A DNA stretch of 64,000 nucleotides from contig JAHFNS010000002.1 of the NCBI GenBank assembly GCA_023267215.1, positions 192,892 to 256,891 of the forward strand, read 5' to 3'. The position numbers and the translations under genes were made by a program. The notes below the pieces were generated by a model. That model saw only the letters and a program-made list of their open reading frames with translations. It did not search any database and had not been told where the DNA came from. The DNA comes from Candidatus Nomurabacteria bacterium. Lineage in GTDB: Bacteria; Patescibacteriota; Minisyncoccia; Phycocordibacterales; UBA9973. This document shows positions 7,773-17,544 of this stretch, in pieces (within the stretch, counting starts at the first letter, position 1; each line of letters begins with the position of its first letter).

Positions 7773-10238
7773 CTATTTAACCTCTCCAAAATTGTCCCCT
7801 GAACCAAAATGCACCAAGAGAGGAATATCTGTTTTGTATTTTAAATATGACCTTTCTAGGACCGTTTGCATGGCATTTTCTATTATTTTTTGAGCCTCTC
7901 CCAGCACTCCCTCCTCTACTTCATAAACTAACTCATCATGTATTTGTAAAACAAGATGTGCCTTATCCAATAATTTTGCTTTTTCTAAATCTTCTTCAGC
8001 ATACCTGATGGCAAGTTTTATTATATCCGCAGTAGCTGTGCCTTGGACGGGAGCATTTATAGCTGTACGTTCTGCCATATTTTTCAAAAATGGAATTCTA
8101 GAATTTATATTCGGAAAATACCTACGTCTACCAAAGAGAGTTTCGGTATAATTATTTTTCATTGCAAAAATTTTTACTCCTTCTAAATAATCCCGCAAGC
8201 CAGAAAATTGATTGAAATAATTGTCATAAAATTTTTGAGCTTCTTCTCTAGTACCTCCTAAACTTTTACGCAAAGCTGAAACCCCCATACCATAAATGAT
8301 ACCGAAATTTATAACTTTCGCTTTGCGACGCATTTCAGCATCTACTTTATCTATCGGTACACCAAAAACAAATGAGGCCACTCCCGCATGAATATCTTTG
8401 CCTTCGCGGAAAATTGCTGTCATCTTTTTATCTCCCGAAAGCATCGCTGCTACGCGAAGCTCTATCTGGCTATAATCAAAAGCCACGAGTTTGCATCCTT
8501 CCCCCGCGATAAAACCATTCCTTATTTTTTTACCTAGCTCTGTTTTGATTGGTAAATTTTGTAAATTTGGATCTTGAGAAGAAAATCTTCCTGTGGTCGT
8601 GCCATTTTGTAAAAATTTAGCATGTAAACGACCATCTTCTGCAATCATCTTTGGAATCACATCAATATAAGTAGAAAGCAATTTCTGTAATTCCCGATAA
8701 GAAAGAATTTCTTTTATAATTGGATTATCTTCTTCAAGTTCTTCTAAGACAGAAACTTTCGTGGAAAAAGAACCACTAGCATTTTTCTTTTTACTTGACT
8801 TCATTCCCATTTTCCCAAAAAGAACTTCTCCCATTTGTTTTGGAGAATTGATATTAAATTCTATCCCGGCTATTTTATATATTTTAGCTGTTAGTTTATC
8901 TAACTCTTGGTGATATTCTTTTGATATTTTTTCAAAATATTCCTTGTCTATAAGAATGCCCCACTCCTGCATCTCTTTGACTATTGGTATTATTGGCTTC
9001 TCTATCTCTTCATATACTTTTTCTAATCCTTTTTCTTTCAGCTTTTTAAAGATATATTCATAGGCTTTTTCAAAAGAATCGGCGTTGGCAAAATGCAAAA
9101 TATCATCCTGTGTAGGATTGGTTATATCTGAATTTATAAGCCAGAGGGCAATAGCTGCTTCTTGAAACTTTTCTTCAGAAATTTCTACAGAGGAAATCGG
9201 AGAAAGCAAAGTTTTGTCGGCCTCAAAAGACGAATCAAGAGAATTTTCTGATGGTCTGGCTGGGGGTCGGGGCCCCAGAGAACCGAGGACCTCAGAAAAT
9301 TCTGCTGGATTTGTCTTTTGACTATTGCTAAAAAAGTTTTTTAGACGCGCAAATAAACTTCTAAACTCAAATAAAGAAAAAGTTGTTTCAATTTTCTTCA
9401 AATCTGCATTTTCCCAAAAAGTTTTCTCTGGCAATTTGAAATCTACTGGGGCATCTGTCCTGATTTTTGCTAAAGTTTTGGAAAACAAAGCTTCTTCTTC
9501 ATTATTTTTTATTAATTCTAAAATTCTTGGAGAAATACCTTTTTTTATAAAAACACTCTCATCTTTTTTAATTTTTTTATATATTTCTTCTATCGTTCCA
9601 AAATTTACAATCAAATTAGTAGCCGTTTTTTCTCCAATACCTTTGATTCCAATAATATTATCAGACGGATCACCTCGTAAACCTTTATAATCTGGTAAAA
9701 GTTTCGGCTTAAATCCAAATCTATCCATAACTTTTTCTTCGTCATATAAAATCGTATCATTGATTCCCTTCTTCAGGGTGTACACTTGCACTTTTTTATC
9801 ATCTATTAATTGCATCGTATCCATATCGCCCGAGGCAATGACTATGTTTATGTTTTTATCTTTTTTTAATTTCTCAACTATCGTACCTAATACATCATCT
9901 GCCTCAAAGCCTGGAGCATCATAAATAGGCACGTTAAAGGCCTCAAAAATTTGCCTAGAATTTTTTAACTGCAAAACAAGAGCATCATCCGTCTTAGCCC
10001 TACCTGCTTTGTATTGGTCATAAGCTTCGTGTCTAAAGGTCTTTTGCGGTAAATCATAACAAGCCACGATATAATCAGGTTTTAAATCTGTAATTATCTT
10101 CATCAGCATTGTAGAAAGCCCATAAAGCGCCCCTGTCGGTTCGCCTTTAGAAGACAAAAATTCAGGCAACGCATGATAAGCCCGATGTATTATCGCATGA
10201 GAATCTAACAACACTAATGTCTTTTTGTCTTTAGTCAT
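7773..10238 (-). CDS. polA: DNA polymerase I (5'-3' exonuclease plus family A polymerase)
   Basis: N-terminal 5'-nuclease motifs (LVLLDSHAIIHRAYHAL). Polymerase motifs RRKAKVINFGIIYGMG and QIHDELVYEV. 821 aa. Confidence 0.95.
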   Translation of the reverse strand: MTKDKKTLVLLDSHAIIHRAYHALPEFLSSKGEPTGALYGLSTMLMKIITDLKPDYIVACYDLPQKTFRHEAYDQYKAGRAKTDDALVLQLKNSRQIFEAFNVPIYDAPGFEADDVLGTIVEKLKKDKNINIVIASGDMDTMQLIDDKKVQVYTLKKGINDTILYDEEKVMDRFGFKPKLLPDYKGLRGDPSDNIIGIKGIGEKTATNLIVNFGTIEEIYKKIKKDESVFIKKGISPRILELIKNNEEEALFSKTLAKIRTDAPVDFKLPEKTFWENADLKKIETTFSLFEFRSLFARLKNFFSNSQKTNPAEFSEVLGSLGPRPPARPSENSLDSSFEADKTLLSPISSVEISEEKFQEAAIALWLINSDITNPTQDDILHFANADSFEKAYEYIFKKLKEKGLEKVYEEIEKPIIPIVKEMQEWGILIDKEYFEKISKEYHQELDKLTAKIYKIAGIEFNINSPKQMGEVLFGKMGMKSSKKKNASGSFSTKVSVLEELEEDNPIIKEILSYRELQKLLSTYIDVIPKMIAEDGRLHAKFLQNGTTTGRFSSQDPNLQNLPIKTELGKKIRNGFIAGEGCKLVAFDYSQIELRVAAMLSGDKKMTAIFREGKDIHAGVASFVFGVPIDKVDAEMRRKAKVINFGIIYGMGVSALRKSLGGTREEAQKFYDNYFNQFSGLRDYLEGVKIFAMKNNYTETLFGRRRYFPNINSRIPFLKNMAERTAINAPVQGTATADIIKLAIRYAEEDLEKAKLLDKAHLVLQIHDELVYEVEEGVLGEAQKIIENAMQTVLERSYLKYKTDIPLLVHFGSGDNFGEVK

Positions 10239-10303
10239 TATCTAGATTATATCATTTTTATAGTTGGTTATTCATAAGAAAATGTTGTATTATTAAAAAG
10301 TAA

Positions 10304-12001
10304 ATGGCAACCTTTGATGAAGAAAAGCAAAATAAGCAACTAGATGAAATACACAAACAAGAAGAGGAGGAGTTGGTGGCAACGCTCGCAGAATCGAAAT
10401 ACAAACTTCCTTATGTTGACCTAGCTCGTTTGGGTATAGACAATGAAGCTCTCCGAGCAATCTCCGAAAAAGACGCTCGAGATTTAAAAGTTGCACCTTT
10501 TAAACTTTTTGGTAAAAATATTTTTATTGCTGTCCGCTCTCCGGAAGATGGTCTCCTTGCAAAACTTAAAGACCAAATGGAAAGAGAAAATTTGATTCCT
10601 ACCTTTTATATGGTTTCTATCGCTTCTTTAGAAAAAGTCTGGAGTAGATATGTAGAACTTTCACAAGCTGAAAACTCAAAGGTTGGTGGTTTAGATATAT
10701 CTTTAGAGGTTTTAAAAGAAACGGGAAAGGATATTAATGGAATAAAAGACATAGAGAAACTTATTTCAGAAGCACTTGAAGGAAATCAAATACATCGAAT
10801 TTCTCGAATGTTGGAAATAGTATTAGCTGGAGCTATCGTTATTAACGCTTCTGACATTCACATCGAACCAGAAGAAAATAGAAGTAGATTACGACTTCGT
10901 TTAGATGGAGTACTACACGATGTAATGTTTTTTGAAAATAATATTTATCATTTGTTAAATTCTAGAATAAAACTCCTTTCAGGAATGAAGCTCACTTCTC
11001 AAAATGCGCAAGATGGACGTTTTAGTATTATGGAAGAAAAAGAAGAAATAAATATTCGTACTTCTCTTATTCCTGGAGCTTATGGTGAATCTATTGTAAT
11101 GCGTATTCTTGATCCAAAGTCCATCCAAGTAAAATTAGAAGATATTGGTATAGAACCATATCTATTTTCTGTTATAGAAGAGGAAATAAAAAAACCTAAT
11201 GGTTTAATTTTGGTCACTGGCCCAACTGGTTCTGGAAAAACAACTACACTTTATGCATTTTTGAGAAGGATTTATTCTTCAGAAATAAAAATTATAACTA
11301 TTGAAGACCCGATCGAATATCATTTAAACGGCATCACCCAAACTCAAACAGACAATGAAAAAGGATATACTTTTCTTGAAGGACTAAGAAGTGCCTTGCG
11401 TCAAGATCCAGACGTAGTTATGATCGGAGAAATACGCGACGCAGAAACTGCCAAAACAGCTATAGAATCTGCTCTAACAGGACACATGGTATTCTCTACC
11501 CTTCACACCAACAACGCTGCCGGTGTCATTCCTCGTTTAATTGATCTTGGGGCAAATCCAAAAATAATGGTCTCTGCTCTTTCTCTTTCTATCGCTCAAC
11601 GTTTAACCCGTAAGCTTTGTTCGGTATGTAAAATTGAAAAGATACCAACTGAAAAAGAAACTGCAACATTAAAAATGGTGATGGATAGTATAAAAGAAGA
11701 AGGAAAAAGTCTTTCAAATTATAATATAAACCCTGATGCTCCAATTAAAATTTATTATCCTGTTGGTTGTGAAAAATGTAATATGATAGGTTATAGTGGC
11801 AGAATAGGAATTTTTGAAGCCATTAGAACAGATGAAATGATAGAAAAAATAATTCCATTGAATCCAAGCGAGCGTGAAATAAAAAAAGTTGCACGAGCGC
11901 AAGGAATACTTTCCATGCGTCAAGACGGTGTGGTAAAAATATTGAACGGTATCACCTCGCTCGAAGAAGTGCAAAGTGTCGTTGACTTAAACGAAGAATA
12001 A
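10304..12001 (+). CDS. pilB: Type IV pilus / type II secretion assembly ATPase (PilB/GspE family)
   Basis: Walker A LVTGPTGSGKTTTLYA. Asp and His boxes GEIRDAETAKTAIESALTGHMVFSTLHTNNA. C-terminal CxxC tetracysteine. Confidence 0.9.
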   Translation: MATFDEEKQNKQLDEIHKQEEEELVATLAESKYKLPYVDLARLGIDNEALRAISEKDARDLKVAPFKLFGKNIFIAVRSPEDGLLAKLKDQMERENLIPTFYMVSIASLEKVWSRYVELSQAENSKVGGLDISLEVLKETGKDINGIKDIEKLISEALEGNQIHRISRMLEIVLAGAIVINASDIHIEPEENRSRLRLRLDGVLHDVMFFENNIYHLLNSRIKLLSGMKLTSQNAQDGRFSIMEEKEEINIRTSLIPGAYGESIVMRILDPKSIQVKLEDIGIEPYLFSVIEEEIKKPNGLILVTGPTGSGKTTTLYAFLRRIYSSEIKIITIEDPIEYHLNGITQTQTDNEKGYTFLEGLRSALRQDPDVVMIGEIRDAETAKTAIESALTGHMVFSTLHTNNAAGVIPRLIDLGANPKIMVSALSLSIAQRLTRKLCSVCKIEKIPTEKETATLKMVMDSIKEEGKSLSNYNINPDAPIKIYYPVGCEKCNMIGYSGRIGIFEAIRTDEMIEKIIPLNPSEREIKKVARAQGILSMRQDGVVKILNGITSLEEVQSVVDLNEE

Positions 12002-12005
12002 AATT

Positions 12006-12866
12006 ATGAAAATGGAATCCATGCCCAATATTGGGAATACAAAAAATAAAATAGAAGACATTAATGTAACTAAGTTAAAAGATCGTATTATTTCTCTTGT
12101 TTCTGATATTAAAGAAAAATACCCTGCCTTTGAGAAAGTTGTTGAAACACCAGGGAAAATTGTTCGCCTTTTGACAGTACTTGTAGCCCTAGAAGGAGGA
12201 CAATTGTTTGCTCAGGATATTTCTAATAAGAATATACAAACAAAAAATGAATTAAATACTATTCCTTTAACTGAAATACAAACTCAATTAAATTCTTTTA
12301 AATTACCACTTCCAGAAGGAAAGATAAAATTTTCTGAAAACTACAATAGCAATGGTAAAAATTTAGAACAATCTTATGAGGGGATAGTACCCACTGATAC
12401 TGGAATGGTGGGAGATGTGGGTATATTTAAAACGACTCGTGTTATTAACAGATATGAACAAATCAAAAGTTCGAAAGAAGAAGATAATTCTCATTCCAGA
12501 GAAACCATCCTCGCAGAAGAAACAAAGGTGTTAGATGGTTTTAAAGATTCAAAAATAGAAAAATCAACTGATGATATAATAAAAATCTATGGACGTGGTC
12601 AAACAAAACAAGATGCCGTCATGGATGCGATGAGAGCACTTAATACACATGCTGGAGAATATGTCAGTAGTGGATCACAATTAGAGGAATCAGGGAATTT
12701 AAGAGAAACTATAGAAACAAAAATGACTGAGTATATTACAATGGATAGTATGAATATATTTAAAAATCTCCATATTGATAAAATAGAAGAAGTGAAAGAA
12801 GGAGATTTTATCACTTTTCATGTTTATGTTTCAGCGCAAAAAGGGCAACTAAAAACTGTTGAATAG
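12006..12866 (+). CDS. Hypothetical protein (co-directional with pilB)
   Basis: ORF only. No recognisable motif. Confidence 0.4.
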   Translation: MKMESMPNIGNTKNKIEDINVTKLKDRIISLVSDIKEKYPAFEKVVETPGKIVRLLTVLVALEGGQLFAQDISNKNIQTKNELNTIPLTEIQTQLNSFKLPLPEGKIKFSENYNSNGKNLEQSYEGIVPTDTGMVGDVGIFKTTRVINRYEQIKSSKEEDNSHSRETILAEETKVLDGFKDSKIEKSTDDIIKIYGRGQTKQDAVMDAMRALNTHAGEYVSSGSQLEESGNLRETIETKMTEYITMDSMNIFKNLHIDKIEEVKEGDFITFHVYVSAQKGQLKTVE

Positions 12867-12873
12867 AAAACAA

Positions 12874-13443
12874 TTAAAATACAAACTGCTGTAAATCAGC
12901 AGAACCAAAAACTCTTTGAATATCACACTCTCTTATTAAACCGAGTGAAGCATAGTTGGAAAATCCAACATATTCAACTTTTTTGCCTTTTGACTGTATG
13001 TATTTTATTGCTGGTATTAAATCCGTATCAGAGCTAACCACGATAGCTGTGTCATATTTATTTTCGATACCATCCATAACTATATCAATAGCAATCTTTA
13101 CATCTACACCTTTTTCTCTTATTTTGTGGTCATACACAATCTTGCCTCTTTCTATGGTAAATCCATCATTTTCAAGTTTCGAAAGAAATTTTTGTTGATC
13201 GATAACCATCTTTTTAGATTTTGGAGTGTGATCAAAATTCCTAACTATTCCTACATAATATCCTTTACCTAATAACATCCTCGGAGAAGCCAGAAATTCA
13301 GAAAAAGCCTTAAAGTCAAATTTTTTCCCATATGAAACGATGCTAGGAATAATAGAATTATCTATTTTATTTATAGAATCTTTAAATAAAGCTCTATATG
13401 TATTACCCCCATCTATGTATATTTTTACTCTCTCAGAATTCAT
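12874..13443 (-). CDS. NYN-domain (LabA-like / PIN-like) protein
   Basis: IYIDGGN...VVSSDTDLIPAI pattern of NYN/LabA-like nucleases. Confidence 0.6.
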   Translation of the reverse strand: MNSERVKIYIDGGNTYRALFKDSINKIDNSIIPSIVSYGKKFDFKAFSEFLASPRMLLGKGYYVGIVRNFDHTPKSKKMVIDQQKFLSKLENDGFTIERGKIVYDHKIREKGVDVKIAIDIVMDGIENKYDTAIVVSSDTDLIPAIKYIQSKGKKVEYVGFSNYASLGLIRECDIQRVFGSADLQQFVF

Positions 13444-13958
13444 ACCCTAAAATTATATCATGCAAACGAAAAACTGCCCTTGTCTTGCGACAGTGGCAGT
13501 GATCTTAGTACTAGAATTATATCATAGAGTTATCCACAAAGTCAACTTTATAATACAAAATACAAAGTAAGTCAACAATAAAAAATTAAAAGTAAAACAC
13601 ATCAGTAGAAACAAAAAAAACACTAATCTCTAAACAATCCTTTCCGAGCTAAACCCCGAAAGTAACAAATTCTTGAAGGATGGTTCCAGAAAACTTAAAA
13701 AGCACCAAAACGTCCTACGTAAACTTATATAACCGATGGCTGATTGCTTAGAGATTAGTGTCTTCTTAAAAAGAAAAACAAAACTCTCACAAAAATAATT
13801 ATACTATATTCAAATTTAGGTAAATGCTATAATGTGTATAGCTCTGTGGAAAGTGTGTTAATAAAGTACCATATTTAGAGTATAGCATACTATAAAATAA
13901 ATGTCAACCCCATAATTGATATTTTAGAAACACTACTTAGAATAAAAAGTAAAAAACC

Positions 13959-14969
13959 ATGAAAAATAAAGCTAAAAACGAAATAAAGGCAGATGAATCT
14001 ATTTTAGATACTACCCTTCGTCCTACTCGTTGGGATGAATATATTGGCCAAAAACACATAAAAGACAACGTTAAAATTCTTTTACGAGCTGCAGAAGAAA
14101 GAGGCCATATTCCAGAACATATTCTTTTTTATGGACCTCCAGGCTTAGGAAAAACTACTCTCGCCCACTTGATAGCAAAAGAAACTGGCAAACAAATGAA
14201 AATAACTTCCGGGCCCGCTATTGAAAAAGTTGGAGATCTTGCTTCTATTCTCACAAACCTTGCTTCAGGTGATATTCTTTTTATAGATGAGATACACAGA
14301 CTCAACAAAATGGTTGAAGAGATACTCTATCCTGCTATGGAGTCTGGGGTCCTCGACATAATCATTGGAAAAGGTCCTTCTGCTCGCACTATCCAACTCG
14401 ATCTTCCACCTTTCACATTAATCGCAGCCACGACACGCGTGGCACTCGTCTCCTCTCCTCTTCGCTCACGATTTTCTGGTGGAGTTTTTAGATTAGAATT
14501 TTATTCAAATGAAGAAATTGCGGAGATTGTAAAAAGATCTAGTAAATTATTAAAAACAGAACTAGATGAAGGTGCTTTAAAAGAAATTGCCAAGAGAAGC
14601 AGATTTACTCCCCGTACTGCAAACTATTTTTTAAAGAGAGCTCGAGATTTTGCACAAGTACACAAAAAAAATTTAGATGAGAAAACTGTAAAGGAGGCAC
14701 TGAACATGCTCGCTATAGATGACATCGGATTAAATTCATCTGATAGAAAGTTTTTAGAAATATTGATTGATAAATTTGATGGTGGGCCTGTAGGGCTCAA
14801 AACCATCGGGGCAGCAATGTCGGAAGAAGAAGCGACAGTTGAAGAAGTAATTGAGCCATATTTAATTCAATTGGGGCTCCTAGAACGCACTGCTCGTGGA
14901 CGTGTGGCAACAGAAAAAGCATATTTGCATTTAGATTTTGACCCTGTCGTTCGCGAACGACGGGGTTGA
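13959..14969 (+). CDS. ruvB: Holliday junction branch-migration helicase RuvB
   Basis: AAA+ Walker A ILFYGPPGLGKTTLAHLIA. Walker B ILFIDEIHRL. Conserved RuvB C-terminus. Confidence 0.95.
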   Translation: MKNKAKNEIKADESILDTTLRPTRWDEYIGQKHIKDNVKILLRAAEERGHIPEHILFYGPPGLGKTTLAHLIAKETGKQMKITSGPAIEKVGDLASILTNLASGDILFIDEIHRLNKMVEEILYPAMESGVLDIIIGKGPSARTIQLDLPPFTLIAATTRVALVSSPLRSRFSGGVFRLEFYSNEEIAEIVKRSSKLLKTELDEGALKEIAKRSRFTPRTANYFLKRARDFAQVHKKNLDEKTVKEALNMLAIDDIGLNSSDRKFLEILIDKFDGGPVGLKTIGAAMSEEEATVEEVIEPYLIQLGLLERTARGRVATEKAYLHLDFDPVVRERRG

Positions 14970-14993
14970 TTATAAAGAAGAAAAATAAATAAT

Positions 14994-15530
14994 ATGTCCG
15001 GACATAATAAATGGTCTCAAATTAAACATAAGAAAGATATCACTGATGCAAAAAAGAGTAAAATCTTTTCAAAGCTAGTACGTTTTATTTCTGTGGAAGC
15101 AAAATTATCTGGAGGAAAAGATTCACCTGGTTTAAGAGCAGCTGTAGAAAAAGCCAAGAAAGTAAATATGCCTTCGGAAAATATCGAAAGAGCTATCAAA
15201 AAAGCTTCTGAAGGAGGAGAACAGATGGAATCTATTACTTATGAAGCTTATGGCCCTGGAGGGGTAGGAATAATTATAGACACTCTCACAGACAGTAGAA
15301 ATAGGACAGTGCAAGATATAAAACACATCCTCACTAAAAATGGTTTTGTTTTGGGAGCTGTCGGGTCTGTTGTTTGGTCTTTTTCAAAAGAAAAAACTAA
15401 CGAGGGATTAATCTGGAAACCAAACATGTTTATCCCCGCTTCTGACACAGATATAGAATTATTAGATAAAATAGTAGATGAACTTGAAGAAAATGATGAT
15501 GTTCAAGACGTTTACACTAATGCAGAATGA
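14994..15530 (+). CDS. yebC: YebC/PmpR-family probable transcriptional regulator (short version)
   Basis: N-terminus MSGHNKWSQIKHKK matches the YebC family start. Acidic C-terminus DDVQDVYTNAE. 178 aa versus ~240 typical. Confidence 0.8.
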   Translation: MSGHNKWSQIKHKKDITDAKKSKIFSKLVRFISVEAKLSGGKDSPGLRAAVEKAKKVNMPSENIERAIKKASEGGEQMESITYEAYGPGGVGIIIDTLTDSRNRTVQDIKHILTKNGFVLGAVGSVVWSFSKEKTNEGLIWKPNMFIPASDTDIELLDKIVDELEENDDVQDVYTNAE

Positions 15531-16030
15531 TAATTTTAGGCATAGATCCTGGTTTTGAAAGACTAGGGGTCGCAATACTAGAAAAAAATAAAGGCGAGAA
15601 AAAACCCTTCGATAAAACTCAGGGTAAAGAAAAGGTATTATTTTCAGAATGTTTTCATACATCTGCTAAATTAGAATTTTCTGACAGACTCTCTTTGATA
15701 GGAAAAGAAATAAAAAAAATAATAAAAAAATTTAAGCCAGAAGTTTTGGCCATTGAGACTTTATTTTTAAATACGAACCAAAAAACTGTAATGCATGTTG
15801 CAGAAGTGCGAGGAATTATTATTTACGAAGCTTCACTGTCTGGTTTGAAAATATTTGAAGCTTCTCCCCCACAAATAAAAATAGCCACTACTGGATATGG
15901 AAAAGCAAACAAAGAACAAGTTATGAAAATGGTGAAAATATTAGTTGAAATAGATAATCGCAAGAAGTCAGATGATGAATTAGACGCTATTGCTATCGCT
16001 TTAACAGCCTTTGCTCATATGCGTTTTTAA
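15527..16030 (+). CDS. ruvC: Holliday junction resolvase RuvC
   Basis: N-terminal IILGIDPG catalytic Asp motif. Operon context ruvB-yebC-ruvC. Confidence 0.85.
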   Translation: MIILGIDPGFERLGVAILEKNKGEKKPFDKTQGKEKVLFSECFHTSAKLEFSDRLSLIGKEIKKIIKKFKPEVLAIETLFLNTNQKTVMHVAEVRGIIIYEASLSGLKIFEASPPQIKIATTGYGKANKEQVMKMVKILVEIDNRKKSDDELDAIAIALTAFAHMRF

Positions 16031-16146
16031 ACAATCATATTTCTGTATATAAGTTATCCACATATTCTATTGCCAAGAGTTTTAGATTTTGATACAAAGT
16101 AATAAATTAATAAGGGGTCGTTTAATAAACGTAAAATATTTTTAAT

Positions 16147-16287
16147 ATGAGTTACGATGAAGATGAAGATATAACAATGGGTATGGGGGATGATTTAGAA
16201 AACGAAGATACTCCATTAGACTTACCAGAAGATGTAGAACCAGTAGACACAGAAGACGATTATGATCCAGATAGCAGATATCACTAA
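16147..16287 (+). CDS. Small, very acidic 46-aa ORF (MSYDEDEDITMGMGDDLENEDTPLDLPEDVEPVDTEDDYDPDSRYH)
   Basis: ATG at 16147, stop TAA at 16285-16287, immediately followed by a strong terminator. Not in the ORF track (below its length cut-off). Confidence 0.3.
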   Translation: MSYDEDEDITMGMGDDLENEDTPLDLPEDVEPVDTEDDYDPDSRYH

Positions 16288-16316
16288 ATAAAAAACCGCC
16301 TATCAGGCGGTTTTTT
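16288..16316. terminator. Bidirectional rho-independent terminator AAAAAACCGCCTATCAGGCGGTTTTTT
   Basis: GC stem CCGCC/GGCGG with A-run before and T-run after. Sits between convergent genes (small ORF on plus, tyrS on minus). Confidence 0.8.
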
Positions 16317-16317
16317 A

Positions 16318-17505
16318 TTATATAATTTTTATAAATTTTCTTTTACCTATCTTAAATTTCATTCCACTTTGAGGAATAAAATTTACATCAGTTATTTTTT
16401 TATCTAAAGTAAGATCTGTTACAGCTCCTTCTTCTATAAGTCTTCTGAATTCACCCTTAGAAGCTAATATTTTATTCATTACTAAAATATCCATTAACAT
16501 TTTTCCACTCCCTAAGAGCTCAATCATTTCTTCTGGAATTTCTTTCTTTGAAAAAATATTTTCCCAATTCTTTTCTGCTTCTTCTGCTTTTCTCTCTCCA
16601 TTATAAAAAGAAACAATTTCTTTTGCCAAACGTTTCTTAAAAATCATTGGACTTTCACCATTTTCCATAGATTTTTTCATTTTTTCTATTTCACTCATTG
16701 ATACACGTGTTACTAATTCAAAATAATCCCAAATTACATCATCAATTATTGACATAACTTTTCCATACATATCATCTGGACTAGTAACTATTGGAATATA
16801 ATTTAAGAGACTCTTTCCCATTGGTTTTCCATCTGATCCAAGAAGTAATTTCATAGCAATAGCTGATTGAGCTTCTACGCCAAAAAGTGGCATCAATTTT
16901 CTTCCAGCAAGAAGATTAAAAGTTTGATCTGTACCACCAAGTTCTAAATCACATTCAAGAATCACTGAGTCATAACCTTGCATAATAGGATAAGACCATT
17001 CATCAAAACCAATAGTTTTCCCTTCATTAAAACGTTTTTTAAAAGTTTCTCTATCAAACATTTGTTGAACTGAGTAAGCCTTTGCCATACCTAAATATTT
17101 TTTTAGAGTAAGTTTATCAAGCCATTCTGAATTATGTTCTATTTTTGTTCCTTCTTTTAATACAGTTTTAAAAAATTGTTCTTTATATGTTTTTTCTTTT
17201 TCTTTAATTTCCTTCTCATTTGTTTCACCACGCATATCTACTTTATCTGAGTGATCACCAACAATAGTAGTAAAATCTCCAATAATTAAAGTAACCTGAT
17301 GCCCTAATTCTTGTAAGTCTCTTAATTTTCTATGTACTACACTATGACCCAAATGTAGATCTTTTCCAGTAACATCCGTACCGAGCTTAATATGAAGTTT
17401 TTTACCAGAAAGTAATTTCTTTTTTAATTCTTCTCGTCCAAAAATATCATGTACTCCACGAGTTAAAATCTCTTCTATTCTTTTTTCATCTGTAATAACC
17501 TTCAT
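16318..17505 (-). CDS. tyrS: Tyrosyl-tRNA synthetase
   Basis: Class I HIGH motif (DLHLGHSV) and KMSKS-like KPMGKS. C-terminal S4-like region. Confidence 0.9.
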   Translation of the reverse strand: MKVITDEKRIEEILTRGVHDIFGREELKKKLLSGKKLHIKLGTDVTGKDLHLGHSVVHRKLRDLQELGHQVTLIIGDFTTIVGDHSDKVDMRGETNEKEIKEKEKTYKEQFFKTVLKEGTKIEHNSEWLDKLTLKKYLGMAKAYSVQQMFDRETFKKRFNEGKTIGFDEWSYPIMQGYDSVILECDLELGGTDQTFNLLAGRKLMPLFGVEAQSAIAMKLLLGSDGKPMGKSLLNYIPIVTSPDDMYGKVMSIIDDVIWDYFELVTRVSMSEIEKMKKSMENGESPMIFKKRLAKEIVSFYNGERKAEEAEKNWENIFSKKEIPEEMIELLGSGKMLMDILVMNKILASKGEFRRLIEEGAVTDLTLDKKITDVNFIPQSGMKFKIGKRKFIKII

Positions 17506-17544
17506 AATTCGAATTATAACACATTTTCTGGTATAATTAAAAGA

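Noticed and set aside
13444-13958. Assignment of the long intergenic region to SRP RNA, tmRNA or RNase P RNA
   Set aside because: The conserved motifs I know for these RNAs are not visible. These are SRP domain IV AGGUCCGGAAGGAAGCAGC, the tmRNA tag-reading frame ending ALAA, and the RNase P P4 or GGAAAGUCCGGGCUCC-like segments. I kept only the weaker claim of an unclassified structured region.
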